DNA of 46,405 nt from Candidatus Bathyarchaeales archaeon (GCA_049718365.1 JBNARN010000001.1:1-46405), one strand, 5' to 3'; shown: positions 9,587 to 19,563, counted from the first letter of the stretch. Notes: generated by a model not told the origin, from the letters alone. Numbers and translations are program-made.

Positions 9587-9937
9587 TTAAGAAGCTTTAA
9601 CAGTTCTGCTTTCATTTAAAAGAGCGACGATTGCTTCTAACTTGGCTGTTTCTATTATTTTGCGGCCACCAGCCAAGAAAATTCGCAGTTCATCTACAGT
9701 CTCAGGCATACAATTCACAATTTGAACAGCTTCATCCACCTCTAGACCAAATTCTGACACAAGCTTTCTCAGAAGCTGCTCTGCTGTCTCAGCGTCTACT
9801 TTAGAAAACTTGCTTACATAATCCAAAGTGCGTCTTTGGAACTGATCCAAGTTTTCCTCTCCGATTGTCTCCAAAAGTTTCTTAACCTGCGGTAAGGTGA
9901 GTTTATTTTCGCTTAATTCATTTTTTCCCATGTTCAA
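9587..9937 (-). CDS. rpoF: DNA-directed RNA polymerase subunit F (Rpo4)
   Basis: 116-aa acidic helical protein located in the conserved eL21-RpoF-DUF655-KsgA neighbourhood. It has the pattern LTLPQVKKLLE...VNCMPETVDELRIFL. Confidence 0.75.
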   Translation of the reverse strand: MNMGKNELSENKLTLPQVKKLLETIGEENLDQFQRRTLDYVSKFSKVDAETAEQLLRKLVSEFGLEVDEAVQIVNCMPETVDELRIFLAGGRKIIETAKLEAIVALLNESRTVKAS

Positions 9938-10230
9938 CTACCTGCATATGGCTCTAAATGTTCAGAGCGAACAATTATCTCTTTCATGGCGTCACCATTA
10001 GGTACGCTCACTACGTATCCACGCCCACGGCGCTCTATTACAGTGCCAATTTTGCCGTGAAAACGCCTATGAGGCATACCTTTCTGAACACTTGAATCCA
10101 TCTTAATAATAACCTTCGATCCAGGCTCGTATTTAGTCAGTAGCTTACTAAGCTTCGGCTTACCCTTTTCACGTGGCTTCTTTTTTAGAAGACCACGCGC
10201 GCCTGTGTGATAACCTTTTGAACCACGCAT
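9934..10230 (-). CDS. rpl21e: Ribosomal protein eL21
   Basis: MRGSKGYHTGARGLLKKKPREKGK...GMPHRRFHGKIGTV matches the L21e pattern. The ATG at 10230 is preferred over the GTG at 10242. Confidence 0.85.
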   Translation of the reverse strand: MRGSKGYHTGARGLLKKKPREKGKPKLSKLLTKYEPGSKVIIKMDSSVQKGMPHRRFHGKIGTVIERRGRGYVVSVPNGDAMKEIIVRSEHLEPYAGS

Positions 10231-10238
10231 ACCACATT

Positions 10239-11582
10239 TCACCTTCCATAATCATTTATGATAACGTTCAAAACGTCAAGCTTGAGAGTCTTCGCTCTGT
10301 TTCCAAGCAAGTCTGAAACATTAGGCATTGTCCTTCCCTCATCGCCCGATACCAACTCTTTAACATAAAGGCCGCCTTGGCAGCGAATTTCCATTATAGC
10401 CCTCTTAGGCGACACCTTCTTAACTTTAACCTTATATATGTACTTTTCTCGGGTTAAGTCCGCCCTTCTATGCAAAACCCGCAGTGGAGTCTGCTGCTTA
10501 ATCAAAGCACCACTAAGCTTTTCTTCTAAAAGGCGCAAGGCATCCTCGGAAACCTCATTCTCAAACTCCATGAGCACACGATATTCTTTCTGCGCGGACT
10601 CAGCCTTTTTTAATCGCCTAACGACTTCTTTGCTGGTAAAACGTAAATTGGAAACCTCAACCTTCCCGGCGGCATGCATGTTAACAGCGGCTTCAAGTGC
10701 TTTCAGGTCTAGAAATCGTTTTTTAGGTTTTAAAATTTCAATTACGAATGGTCGCCCCTTACCCAGCATCCGAGCGTCAACATCCTCTCTTCCTGATGCG
10801 TGAAACGCTGTTTTCTCACCTTCTGCCGCTTCCAAAAAGGGCTTAGAAACAAGTTCCTCCACCGATTCAGGATACATTTTGCCTGTTCCGCCACATTTTT
10901 TGCAGCCTTTCCCGTGGCAACTTGAGCAGAACCATTTTGACTGGGGAATATCCCTGACAAGTTTCCTGTATCGACCAGCAACGAAGAGAGGGTTAACTTG
11001 AACTCTAACTTGCTCGATGAATGGATTAATTATTACAACTATGTCTGGCCGTTTGTGATCTACCGCTTTGCCCGTTAACTCAGCTATACCCTTCCCTAAC
11101 AAGCGCCCAAACTCGTGCTTGATACTTTCGCCATAGCTTACGTTGAATGCGGCTTTAAACTCGTCTTCACGCTCTTCAATAGCAATCGGCAATTCTATTC
11201 CAACTAGAAAAGTGGCATACTCGTAATCTGCAATGGCTTGAAGAACTTTTTGAAGCAAACCCTCCAGAAGCTGGAACTTGCCTTCGCATAAGAAGCAGGG
11301 TTTTGATTGAGTTTTCTTGGAGCTTCTTTTTTTAAGGTGGTGCAAGGTTTCTTGTGCCTCTCGAGAAAAGCCGTTGCTCGCGAGAATTTTTAGCATTTTA
11401 ATGCCGTCAGGGTTTTTCTCCATGACGAGGGCACTTCCTTGCAAGGTTAATCCGAGTTTTAACGCTTTACCTCTATCTTTATTTTCTATGTTGTAGCCGA
11501 GTAACGCGAACTGGCGACCCAGGCAGTTATCGCACAGGGGATGCTTGCTAAGCATTAGTAGCGCTTTGTTTAAAACATCCAT
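10239..11582 (-). CDS. pus10: tRNA pseudouridine(54/55) synthase Pus10
   Basis: 447 aa. It has an N-terminal CDNCLGRQF zinc motif, a second Cys cluster (CSSCHGKGCKKCGGTG) and a C-terminal catalytic region (GREDVDARMLGKGRPF), which is the Pus10 architecture. Confidence 0.8.
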   Translation of the reverse strand: MDVLNKALLMLSKHPLCDNCLGRQFALLGYNIENKDRGKALKLGLTLQGSALVMEKNPDGIKMLKILASNGFSREAQETLHHLKKRSSKKTQSKPCFLCEGKFQLLEGLLQKVLQAIADYEYATFLVGIELPIAIEEREDEFKAAFNVSYGESIKHEFGRLLGKGIAELTGKAVDHKRPDIVVIINPFIEQVRVQVNPLFVAGRYRKLVRDIPQSKWFCSSCHGKGCKKCGGTGKMYPESVEELVSKPFLEAAEGEKTAFHASGREDVDARMLGKGRPFVIEILKPKKRFLDLKALEAAVNMHAAGKVEVSNLRFTSKEVVRRLKKAESAQKEYRVLMEFENEVSEDALRLLEEKLSGALIKQQTPLRVLHRRADLTREKYIYKVKVKKVSPKRAIMEIRCQGGLYVKELVSGDEGRTMPNVSDLLGNRAKTLKLDVLNVIINDYGR

Positions 11583-11593
11583 TTATAACGAGC

Positions 11594-12928
11594 CTACCTG
11601 AATTCTGCGGGAAAGCCTTTGCCCATGAAAGGTAGCTTCTTTTTACGTTTGAACATTTTTAGCATTTTCCGCATCATAACATACTGCTTTAAAAGTTCTT
11701 TAACATCTTTTTCGCTGGTTCCTGAACCACGCGCTATACGCTTTACCCGTGACGCATTTAAAATTTTGGGATTTTCTTTTTCTTCAGGCCGCATAGACTG
11801 AATTATGACCCGCCACTTTTCAAGCCTATCTTCAGCCGTATTCAGCATTTCATCGGGTAGATTATAAGACATTCCCGGTAACATGCTAAGAATTTTCTTG
11901 AAGGGACCCATGCCTTTGACGGCTTCAAACTGCTCGTACATATCGGTTAAAGTGAACTTACCACTGAGTATCGCCTTTGCTTTCTTTTCAGGAACCTTAA
12001 TTTCTGCTTCGCGAACTTTCTCAAGAAGAGTTTCCAAGTCACCCATGCCTAAGAGGCGCCCCACGAAGCGGGAAGGGATGAAGAGTTCAATATCTTCGGT
12101 TTTCTCGCCCGTGCCGACGAATTTTATAGGCGCACCTGTGGCTGCGACTGCAGAAAGAGCCCCGCCGCCTCTGGCAGACCCATCTAATTTTGTGACTATA
12201 ATCGCGCCTATGGGTGTTGCCTCATGGAAAGCTTTAGCCTGCATAAGCGCTTGCTGCCCAATCGTGCCATCGATAACCAACATAACTTCGTCAGGTTTGA
12301 TTTTTTCCTCAAGAGTCTTCATTTCTTTGATTAACTCTTGCTCCTCTTTATGTCGGCCTGCAGTGTCAACAATTATTAGATCCTTGTCGCTGAACTGCTT
12401 TAGCCCTTCGTTAACCACTTTAACTGGATCTTTCGCCTTCAAGTCTCCATATACTGGAACGTTTATTCGATTTGCCAGCTGCTGAAGCTGCGCGTATGCT
12501 CCAGGCCGATAAGTGTCCGCGCATATCAACGCAGGTTTAAGTCCCCTTTTCTGGAAGTAGCGGGCAAGTTTGGCTGCCGCAGTGGTTTTTCCAGAGCCTT
12601 GAATCCCCACGAGCATTATTATTTTCTTTTTTCCAGGTTCCATTTTGATTGGAACAGGCTTGTCGCCCACGAAGCGGGTTAATTCTTCGTAGACAACCTT
12701 TATCACATGTTCGCGCCTGGAGATGCCTGGAGGAACCTTTTCTTTTAGGGCTCTTTCTTCTATCCGCTGCGATATGCCGAGAACAAGTTGAACGTTAACG
12801 TCGGCTTGCAGAAGTGATCTTTGGATATCACGAACAAGTTGCTTGACCGTAGCCTCATCTACCACTGAAGCCTTGAAAACTTTCTTCAAAGCCTCGTAAA
12901 GAGAAGAGCCCAAGCGATCTAAAGCCAT
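11594..12928 (-). CDS. srp54: Signal recognition particle protein SRP54
   Basis: It has the GTPase motifs GIQGSGKTT, DTAGR and TKLDG and a Met-rich M domain at the C-terminus. The ATG at 12928 (MALDRLGSSL) is preferred over the upstream TTG. Confidence 0.95.
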   Translation of the reverse strand: MALDRLGSSLYEALKKVFKASVVDEATVKQLVRDIQRSLLQADVNVQLVLGISQRIEERALKEKVPPGISRREHVIKVVYEELTRFVGDKPVPIKMEPGKKKIIMLVGIQGSGKTTAAAKLARYFQKRGLKPALICADTYRPGAYAQLQQLANRINVPVYGDLKAKDPVKVVNEGLKQFSDKDLIIVDTAGRHKEEQELIKEMKTLEEKIKPDEVMLVIDGTIGQQALMQAKAFHEATPIGAIIVTKLDGSARGGGALSAVAATGAPIKFVGTGEKTEDIELFIPSRFVGRLLGMGDLETLLEKVREAEIKVPEKKAKAILSGKFTLTDMYEQFEAVKGMGPFKKILSMLPGMSYNLPDEMLNTAEDRLEKWRVIIQSMRPEEKENPKILNASRVKRIARGSGTSEKDVKELLKQYVMMRKMLKMFKRKKKLPFMGKGFPAEFR

Positions 12929-13096
12929 TATTTTTCCAGCCTTAAGAAACAACTTAAGGCGGCTTTAAATAAATATATTGTAGTTGAAAGTGAAGCCTCA
13001 GCTATTCTATCTCTTCACAATTCAGACGGCTCTTCACGCATCATTGGCTTCATGATCTATATGCTGACGCAGAGAAATAAACTTTGCAAGCAAAAG

Positions 13097-13489
13097 TTAT
13101 TTTGTTCTGACGATTTTGACGCGGCCCATTATTTTCCAATACTCAACCTCTGTGCCTACGGCAAGCTTGTCTTTCAGATCTTCCTCTTCTGGAATGGGGG
13201 CATCAACATACTCGTATGTCTCTAAATCCATGATTTGGATGCTGTTCGGGTTAATAGCGAACACTTGTCCTGGTCTTTTGTCGATGATTGGAATCTCCGC
13301 GTTGCTGTCTACGGGCTTAACGAATTGGCGCTTCTGGCCGTCAAAGATGCCGATGGCCACTATTCTTGCCTTGGCTGAACCGTGTTTTCCAGGTTTTGAC
13401 TTGGTTATGTCCACTATGCGGCATGGTTCATTATCGATGATCATGTAGCCTCCAACACGTAAACTTCCAACGTCAACTGGTTTGCTCAT
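13097..13489 (-). CDS. eif5a: Translation initiation factor 5A (aIF5A)
   Basis: 130 aa with the hypusine loop TKSKPGKHGSAKARIV. Confidence 0.93.
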   Translation of the reverse strand: MSKPVDVGSLRVGGYMIIDNEPCRIVDITKSKPGKHGSAKARIVAIGIFDGQKRQFVKPVDSNAEIPIIDKRPGQVFAINPNSIQIMDLETYEYVDAPIPEEEDLKDKLAVGTEVEYWKIMGRVKIVRTK

Positions 13490-13567
13490 GCACTCACCAA
13501 ATGTTTCATTTACTCAAAGCAATTTTAAACAACATCCATATATAGATTAAGGTTTTACTGTTAGGCA

Positions 13568-14230
13568 TTATGTATCTAGTTTGGGTCGTTTTCGGAAGTA
13601 CTGTATGCTGATTATCAATGCAATTGTCGATAGTAGAATCAGAACTCCGATGTTGAAGCCTTCTGGAATTGGGATAGGTGGTGGTGTAGTGGCATAAGTG
13701 ACGCGCATGTGTTGTGTAAAAGGTCTTGTGCCGGCAGGGGTGCCGAACGGATTTGGAAATGAACCGAAAGTCTGCGCAACGTATACATGAGTCCCATTTG
13801 GGTCGCGATAAGTGTCGAGGTTGTTGTCGTCGTTATTGAAGGCTAGCCAATAGGTGGTTCCAGCGGTAACGTTTACTGGCGTGTTAAGCGTGAGATCGTT
13901 CCATCCTGAGACAGCGGCGGTTGAGTTGCTGTAAGCTAAGAGGGCGCCTGGGCTTCCAGATGAGTCCGCGTAGATGGCAGTCATTATGTTTCCTGCAGGT
14001 GTAGCAACATTCACACCAACTTTAGTTATTGTGCCCCAATAACCTGCTACAATGCTAGAGGCCCTCGCATAATTACCTACGACACCGTTACCGATGGATG
14101 CCATGCCGGTAGTGGCTGCGTTTCCAATTTCCTGAGTTACTTCTGTTTGGGCGAGGCCTAGCGAAAGGCACATGAAACCTATTACCAGAGTAGCCAAAAC
14201 AAAAGCAATTAACATTTTCATATTAACCAT
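13568..14230 (-). CDS. Secreted protein with C-terminal Pro-rich linker, TM helix and basic tail
   Basis: It has a signal peptide (MVNMKMLIAFVLATLVIGFMCLSLGLAQ) and the C-terminus TTPPPIPIPEGFNIGVLILLSTIALIISIQYFRKRPK. The start is uncertain (ATG 14230/14221/14215 or GTG 14278). Confidence 0.55.
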   Translation of the reverse strand: MVNMKMLIAFVLATLVIGFMCLSLGLAQTEVTQEIGNAATTGMASIGNGVVGNYARASSIVAGYWGTITKVGVNVATPAGNIMTAIYADSSGSPGALLAYSNSTAAVSGWNDLTLNTPVNVTAGTTYWLAFNNDDNNLDTYRDPNGTHVYVAQTFGSFPNPFGTPAGTRPFTQHMRVTYATTPPPIPIPEGFNIGVLILLSTIALIISIQYFRKRPKLDT

Positions 14231-14737
14231 CTCATTTTGAGTAATGGATTTTGTTGACAAATCCAAATTTACCCTCACTTTGAATATATAAATTTTTTCG
14301 TTATCTCTTAATTCCGTATGATTTAGTTATAAATGCTAATTCTTAAGAGGTTTTTTGTCTTGATTTGAACATCAAACTAACAATTTTCTAACCCGTCAAA
14401 GCATTTAGAGGAAGTGCACCATATTGATTTTGGCAAGCTTTTGAGCAGCGCGTTGTGCCACACTATGAATGTCTCTAGACATGTCTTTATGCTTTGGATT
14501 GTCGAGTTATTAGAGATGTAGCACGCCAATACTTCTTTGAATACCAACGGTTCTAGAACGATGTTCCCTGCACAGCCACAGTCGAATCAGCAGCTCGCTT
14601 CTACTGCCTTTTGATTGCACTTCTCAAAGAAAGCTAACTTGGCGCCTTGAAGCGAAAAACGGGGAAAGATACGGAAAATGGAGAAGCCGTCATTGAAAGG
14701 GTTAATATAGATTAAGGTAGCGCTATTTACTTCAGCG

Positions 14738-15586
14738 GTGAAAACAGTGTTTAAGAGCGCGGGATTAGTTGCCCGTTACGACAAGAGAAGCGCGATAAAG
14801 CTTGCAGAAGAATTATCAGAGTACCTCGCAAATAAGGGTTTGGACGTTTACGTTGAAGAAACGTTAAAGGGGAAAATTATCACTCAAGGAAAGTTTATCT
14901 CGCTTGAAACTATGAAAACGGATTTTATAATAACCATAGGCGGCGACGGCACCATACTAAGAACGTGCATTGCAGCGCCCAAACCTGAACCGCCCATATT
15001 AGCCATCAACATGGGCGTGCGGGGATTTCTAACCGAGGTGGAACCAAAAGATGCATATGTTGCTGTGGAAAAATGCCTACGAGGCGAGTATAAAATTGAA
15101 AAATGCTTCAAACTTGCGGTCTCCACAGGAGAGACCCCTACACCTGACGCTTTGAATGATGTTGTTATTTCTACTGGAGAACCCGCAAAAATACTTTACA
15201 TGAAAATATTCAAAGATGACAAGCCTATTCTAAAATGCCAAGCAGACGGGCTGATATTATCTACGCAGACAGGATCCACTGGTTATTCGCTTTCTGCTGG
15301 CGGGCCGGTTTTAGATAAAGCAGTAGACGCCTTCGTTTTAACGCCTATTTGTTCCTTAACAGTATTCCGTTCAATTGTATTCCCAGCAGAGGCAAAAGTA
15401 ACTGTTAAAGTCATTAGGCCGCAAAAGGTACTGATTCTAATTGATGGAAACTACCGCCGGCTTGTAGCGGAAGAAGAGCCCACCTTGACTGTTACCCGCT
15501 CCGAGAATATGAGTTCTTTCATTAGGTTTAAAGAGGATTTCTATAGTCGCCTGCGAGACCGCTTGCTATTTAAGGGAATGGGATGA
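14738..15586 (+). CDS. nadK: NAD kinase
   Basis: 282 aa with the GGDGTILR motif and the STQTGSTGYSLSAGGP region typical of NAD kinases. The start is GTG. Confidence 0.85.
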   Translation: MKTVFKSAGLVARYDKRSAIKLAEELSEYLANKGLDVYVEETLKGKIITQGKFISLETMKTDFIITIGGDGTILRTCIAAPKPEPPILAINMGVRGFLTEVEPKDAYVAVEKCLRGEYKIEKCFKLAVSTGETPTPDALNDVVISTGEPAKILYMKIFKDDKPILKCQADGLILSTQTGSTGYSLSAGGPVLDKAVDAFVLTPICSLTVFRSIVFPAEAKVTVKVIRPQKVLILIDGNYRRLVAEEEPTLTVTRSENMSSFIRFKEDFYSRLRDRLLFKGMG

Positions 15587-15619
15587 AAAATCCAGCAACA
15601 TGGGCAATGTAAACGCCTC

Positions 15620-16141
15620 ATGATAATTGATACTTCCGCCTTTTTAGCGGGCTTTGATCCTTTTTCAATAGGTGAAAAGCAGGCTACAGTGCCCAAAGTA
15701 AAAGAGGAGATAAAAAGTAGCGGCATGTCATGGGTGCGATTTGAAACAGCAGTGGAAAACGGAAAATTAGAGATTAAGGTGCCTTCCGAAGAATACTTAA
15801 ATAAAGTAAGAGTTTCAGCCAACAAAGTTGGTGATTCTTTTTTCTTGTCCGAAACAGATGTGCAGATTTTAGCGCTAGCTTTAGAGTTTAAGACTGCAGG
15901 TTATGCACCCCAAATCCTGACGGATGACTACGCAATACAGAATGTGGCAACGCAGATGGGGATAGGGTTTGCATCTCTTGCAACTTTCGGCATTCGACGT
16001 CTCCTAGAGTGGGTGAGATACTGCCCCGCATGCCGCCGAGAATATGCCGCGGATTACAAGTCCACAAAATGCACAGTCTGCGGAACAGTACTTAAAAGAA
16101 AACCTCGAAAAATATCTAAGAAACTGAATAGAGTAACATAA
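15620..16141 (+). CDS. nob1: Nob1-type endonuclease (PIN domain plus zinc ribbon), 16S rRNA 3'-end maturation
   Basis: It has an N-terminal PIN domain (MIIDTSAFLAG...LSETDVQILALALE...ILTDDYAIQNVA) and a C-terminal CPACRREY...CTVCGTVLKRK ribbon. Confidence 0.75.
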   Translation: MIIDTSAFLAGFDPFSIGEKQATVPKVKEEIKSSGMSWVRFETAVENGKLEIKVPSEEYLNKVRVSANKVGDSFFLSETDVQILALALEFKTAGYAPQILTDDYAIQNVATQMGIGFASLATFGIRRLLEWVRYCPACRREYAADYKSTKCTVCGTVLKRKPRKISKKLNRVT

Positions 16142-16160
16142 TTTTGGGGGGTAACGCTAT

Positions 16161-16736
16161 ATGAATTTGCATGAAAGAAAGGTAACCTATTTCAACAGGG
16201 CTGGGCCGCAAAATACGGAAGTGCTCTTAGAAATAGTCAAAGAATACGTTAACAAAGAAAACATTGAAAATATCCTTATTGCCACAACAAGTGGCAAAAC
16301 GGGTGCTGAGGCCGCTAAAGCCTTCAAAGGCAGAAACGTTATAGTGATAACACACTGCTATGGATTCTCATCGCCAGGAAAATTTGAGTTAAACGAAGAG
16401 TATAAGAAAGAAATTCTGGCTAATGGCGCAAAAATTCACACCGCAACCCATGCACTGAGCAGCGCGGAGAGAGCAATCTACAAAAAATTTGGTACACTTG
16501 GACCTCTGGAGCTAATTTCTAACACACTTAGACTTATGGGAGAGGGCACAAAAGTTTGTGTGGAAATAACTCTTATGGCGGCAGATGCAGGGTTAATCCC
16601 CGTTGGTAAGGATGTTGTTGCAGTTGCAGGAACTGGGAATGGCGCAGATACTGCGTTACGAATTAAACCCGCTAACGCTGCAAGATTCTTTGATCTGAAA
16701 ATAAGAGAGGTAATAGCTAAACCTTTTGAATTCTAA
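16161..16736 (+). CDS. Pyruvate kinase C-terminal (alpha/beta) domain-like protein
   Basis: 191 aa. It resembles the archaeal stand-alone PK C-terminal-like family by eye (ILIATTSGKTGAEAAKAF...VVAVAGTGNGADTAL). Function is unknown. Confidence 0.45.
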   Translation: MNLHERKVTYFNRAGPQNTEVLLEIVKEYVNKENIENILIATTSGKTGAEAAKAFKGRNVIVITHCYGFSSPGKFELNEEYKKEILANGAKIHTATHALSSAERAIYKKFGTLGPLELISNTLRLMGEGTKVCVEITLMAADAGLIPVGKDVVAVAGTGNGADTALRIKPANAARFFDLKIREVIAKPFEF

Positions 16737-16821
16737 TGCCCCTTTTTAAGGGCTCCCAGCATTAGGGGTATTAGTACGAATGCCCGTTATTTTCTAATTA
16801 AATAAGCCAATAAAAATAGGT

Positions 16822-18651
16822 TTACAAAAAGGTTAGAAGCAAGATTAAAATTAGCCCTTCAGAAACGAAGATTGGAGCAACTATCCGCTTTGCCCTTTGA
16901 AGAGCGCTATCAACAAGCATCGACAACGTTTCCAGCCTAGCCTTTCCGATAACTCGTACCTTGGGCACAACCAAGCGCATATAGCCCGCTTTACAGTGTT
17001 CTAGCCGTTTTGCCGCTGCGTTTGCCGCTTCCTTGATGTAATTGATCAATGTTTTATGGTTCATGATTTCTCCCACTGGATGGTAGCCGCGACGCCCGAG
17101 CACTACTGCGCTTACTGCATGTGTGTCTGTCGTAAAAACTTCGCTGGCATGAAAACCTGAAGCCTTAAGCGCTGAAAGGATTTCTTCGCGTAACCCGGAA
17201 ACCATGTTGTTGCCATCAATGACTATATAGGCGGTTTTCTGCTCAGCGACTTTTACTACGATTGCTGTGATTCCGCCTGGGCCCATACCATCTTTCAAAC
17301 CATATTCTGTAGGGAAAACTGTGGCAGCACCGACTTCAAATGGGTAAGATGGCAAAGCAACAGCTTTTTGAAGGCAGCTGGAAGCCGCTGCATGCAACGT
17401 TTCTAAAGACACCTCTTCGTAGGCTGACTCGGTGATGCTGTTATGAGCGTTTACAATTATGCTGCATTCAAGCCCATATTTTTCTGCTTCTTCGCTAACT
17501 ATGCGTCCTAATTGCTGCGGCAAATCTTCTGTGGTTTTTGGGGCAAGCGTAAAAGAAAGAAGAACGGCTTTTCCGAAAATTTGGCAGGAGGCAGTTGCAA
17601 CGCCATTGGCGACTTTAACGAAGGGTGTTGCCCTATCGGCGATAGGAGAAGCCTGTTTTGCACTGTTAATAACGTGGTTTATTATCTTCTGATTCTGGAC
17701 TTGTGAAGCTAAGTCAAGTTCATGGCCAAGTATCCCCAAAGGCACGCAAGTGTCACAACCAAACTCTTTCTCGAAATCACGTTTAAGCATGGAAGGCAGA
17801 AGACTGCTACCAATATTCTTAAAGGGACCTGGATGAACAAGAGGCACAATAATCGCTGCCTTAGGCTTATGAGAGTCAAATTTTAAAAGGGTAACTTCAA
17901 TGTCTTCATCTTCGCCCAATTTTTCGAGAAATTCTTCGAAGGGAAGATTGAGTCCAGCCACCCAATTAAGCATGAAAGCTCTGAAAAGAGGCATAGCAGG
18001 TAATCCATATACGCGCCGCCCCAAGCGGTCAATGAAGAAGACAAAGAGGAAAGCAGACGCAAAACCTGTTACTGGTGAAATAGCCAAAAAAGGCAGGATC
18101 CTAAAGGTAAAAGCACTATCGAGGTTGTTCCAAAAAACCACAAAGAGGGCAATGCAAGCGAAAGGCTGAAGGAAGGAAGCTAACAATCGCTGTAAAATTC
18201 CCGCTGAAGAAGTTGAAATGAAAACAACAGCGCGTAAAGTCAGCACGGCAGCGAAGCCTAAAAGGCAGAGTTGAATCCACAACCACGGATTGAACATAAC
18301 ACCGAATATAACTCCAAGTAGAATGAAAAGCAACCAGAGAACCCAGCAGTAAAGGGAAAGGGCGACTGTTCTTCTCAGAACATAGATTGGATCATTTCTG
18401 AGAATTGTTCTGCTTGTTACATAGTCAAATAGGAGGGTTACGGTGAAAAGTGAAGCGCCGAAAAGGATGTTACGAAACAGCATTTCAAGTGAAGGGAAGA
18501 GAGCGTAAGTAGAAAGGGGAATCACGCCTACGCAAAGCGCCGCTACGAGGCTGATTGATTTTCTGAACGAGGGAAGGAAAAACATGGAAGAGTAATGCTT
18601 CAGCGCCTTATTCATAGAGTGATTAAGCGATTCCTCAGTTTCCATACCCAT
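16822..18651 (-). CDS. Polytopic membrane protein with large soluble C-terminal domain (DUF2070-like)
   Basis: 609 aa. The N-terminal ~240 aa contain multiple TM helices, followed by a ~350-aa soluble domain. The architecture recalls archaeal DUF2070 proteins; the family assignment is unverified. Confidence 0.5.
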   Translation of the reverse strand: MGMETEESLNHSMNKALKHYSSMFFLPSFRKSISLVAALCVGVIPLSTYALFPSLEMLFRNILFGASLFTVTLLFDYVTSRTILRNDPIYVLRRTVALSLYCWVLWLLFILLGVIFGVMFNPWLWIQLCLLGFAAVLTLRAVVFISTSSAGILQRLLASFLQPFACIALFVVFWNNLDSAFTFRILPFLAISPVTGFASAFLFVFFIDRLGRRVYGLPAMPLFRAFMLNWVAGLNLPFEEFLEKLGEDEDIEVTLLKFDSHKPKAAIIVPLVHPGPFKNIGSSLLPSMLKRDFEKEFGCDTCVPLGILGHELDLASQVQNQKIINHVINSAKQASPIADRATPFVKVANGVATASCQIFGKAVLLSFTLAPKTTEDLPQQLGRIVSEEAEKYGLECSIIVNAHNSITESAYEEVSLETLHAAASSCLQKAVALPSYPFEVGAATVFPTEYGLKDGMGPGGITAIVVKVAEQKTAYIVIDGNNMVSGLREEILSALKASGFHASEVFTTDTHAVSAVVLGRRGYHPVGEIMNHKTLINYIKEAANAAAKRLEHCKAGYMRLVVPKVRVIGKARLETLSMLVDSALQRAKRIVAPIFVSEGLILILLLTFL

Positions 18652-18916
18652 AATGCATCATCTAATTGGTCGTAATGAAGTTAAAATATGCCTATTAAAA
18701 TTTAGCTGAGTTACGGGGTTAATCTTTGCGACAGTTGATACACATTCTTCTATAACACGGCAGAAGCTACTTTAATTTTTTAACACAAAATGCTCAAAAA
18801 GCAAGGCAACATTTAGTGCTGAACTGCCGCGCGAGCCATGGATTTAATCAATAATCACAAGGGCAAGTGCTTTATCTTTAAATTGCTAATTATAATGTTT
18901 CTGCGAAGTTAAGGCT

Positions 18917-19201
18917 ATGCCAGAACAAGAATTGCCACCTTCAATATTCTTAATGCTTGAAAAAAACCTGGGCAAAAAAATCAGGGTAATTTTGGATCCA
19001 GCCTACGGTTTTGAAGGGACATTGGCAGCCGTAACTCGTGAGCCGCCAACAATATGGCTGTCAGACGCTGAAGCTATTGTTCTAAGATCGACAATTGCTC
19101 AGCCTATACCCCAAGTTACAAGCCGCGAAGAAAGAAGCGAGCTATTCTTAAATCTTAATTCAATTCAAAGGATAGAAGTCTTACATCCGCCTCGTCGATA
19201 A
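18917..19201 (+). CDS. Hypothetical protein, possibly Sm-like fold
   Basis: 94 aa. KIRVILDPAYGFEGTLAAVTREPPTIWLSDAEAIV loosely fits the Sm1 pattern. This is a weak call. Confidence 0.3.
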   Translation: MPEQELPPSIFLMLEKNLGKKIRVILDPAYGFEGTLAAVTREPPTIWLSDAEAIVLRSTIAQPIPQVTSREERSELFLNLNSIQRIEVLHPPRR

Positions 19202-19221
19202 AAAGCGGCTAAGGCAGCATT

Positions 19222-19392
19222 TTAAACTGGGAAAAACACTTGCGCAAGCACAGACACTATTATTAGGGCAACAGCGAATATCACAAGAAGCTCTGGTCTT
19301 ATTTTGATGCCTTCGGTTTCTTCTTCAAAAAAGCGCAGTAGACCAGCACTTGCAGCAGGCATTGGCGCTGCATCTTTCTTTTTCTTACCCAT
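19222..19392 (-). CDS. secG: Preprotein translocase subunit Sec61beta/SecG
   Basis: 56-aa ORF, below the track cutoff: MGKKKKDAAPMPAASAGLLRFFEEETEGIKIRPELLVIFAVALIIVSVLAQVFFPV. It has the SAGLxRFF-EE...IKIxPE motif plus a single C-terminal TM helix, as in archaeal Sec61beta. Confidence 0.8.
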   Translation of the reverse strand: MGKKKKDAAPMPAASAGLLRFFEEETEGIKIRPELLVIFAVALIIVSVLAQVFFPV

Positions 19393-19563
19393 CTTTGTTT
19401 ACCTTGCTTGTTAATTAGAATGCAATTGTTTTTCTTTATTATTAATGTTACGCATTCCTTACCAAGTAAATAGCAACAAGCCAGCCAAAACTGCTTCTTA
19501 GAGCAGCATAAGGAAATTTTAAACTACGACACTAAGAATATAGTTGGAACAGGTGTTAGCTTA

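Noticed and set aside
8976-12485. Long antisense ORFs, for example 8976-9422 (+, 148 aa), 10438-10803 (+, 121 aa) and 11883-12485 (+, 200 aa). The same pattern occurs elsewhere: 13116-13448 (+), 39740-40339 (-, 199 aa) and 43364-43705 (+).
   Set aside because: Each is fully embedded opposite a strongly supported gene (DUF655, Pus10, SRP54, aIF5A, GT, TldD). Their compositions are Ser/Pro/Arg-rich, as is typical of antisense frames.
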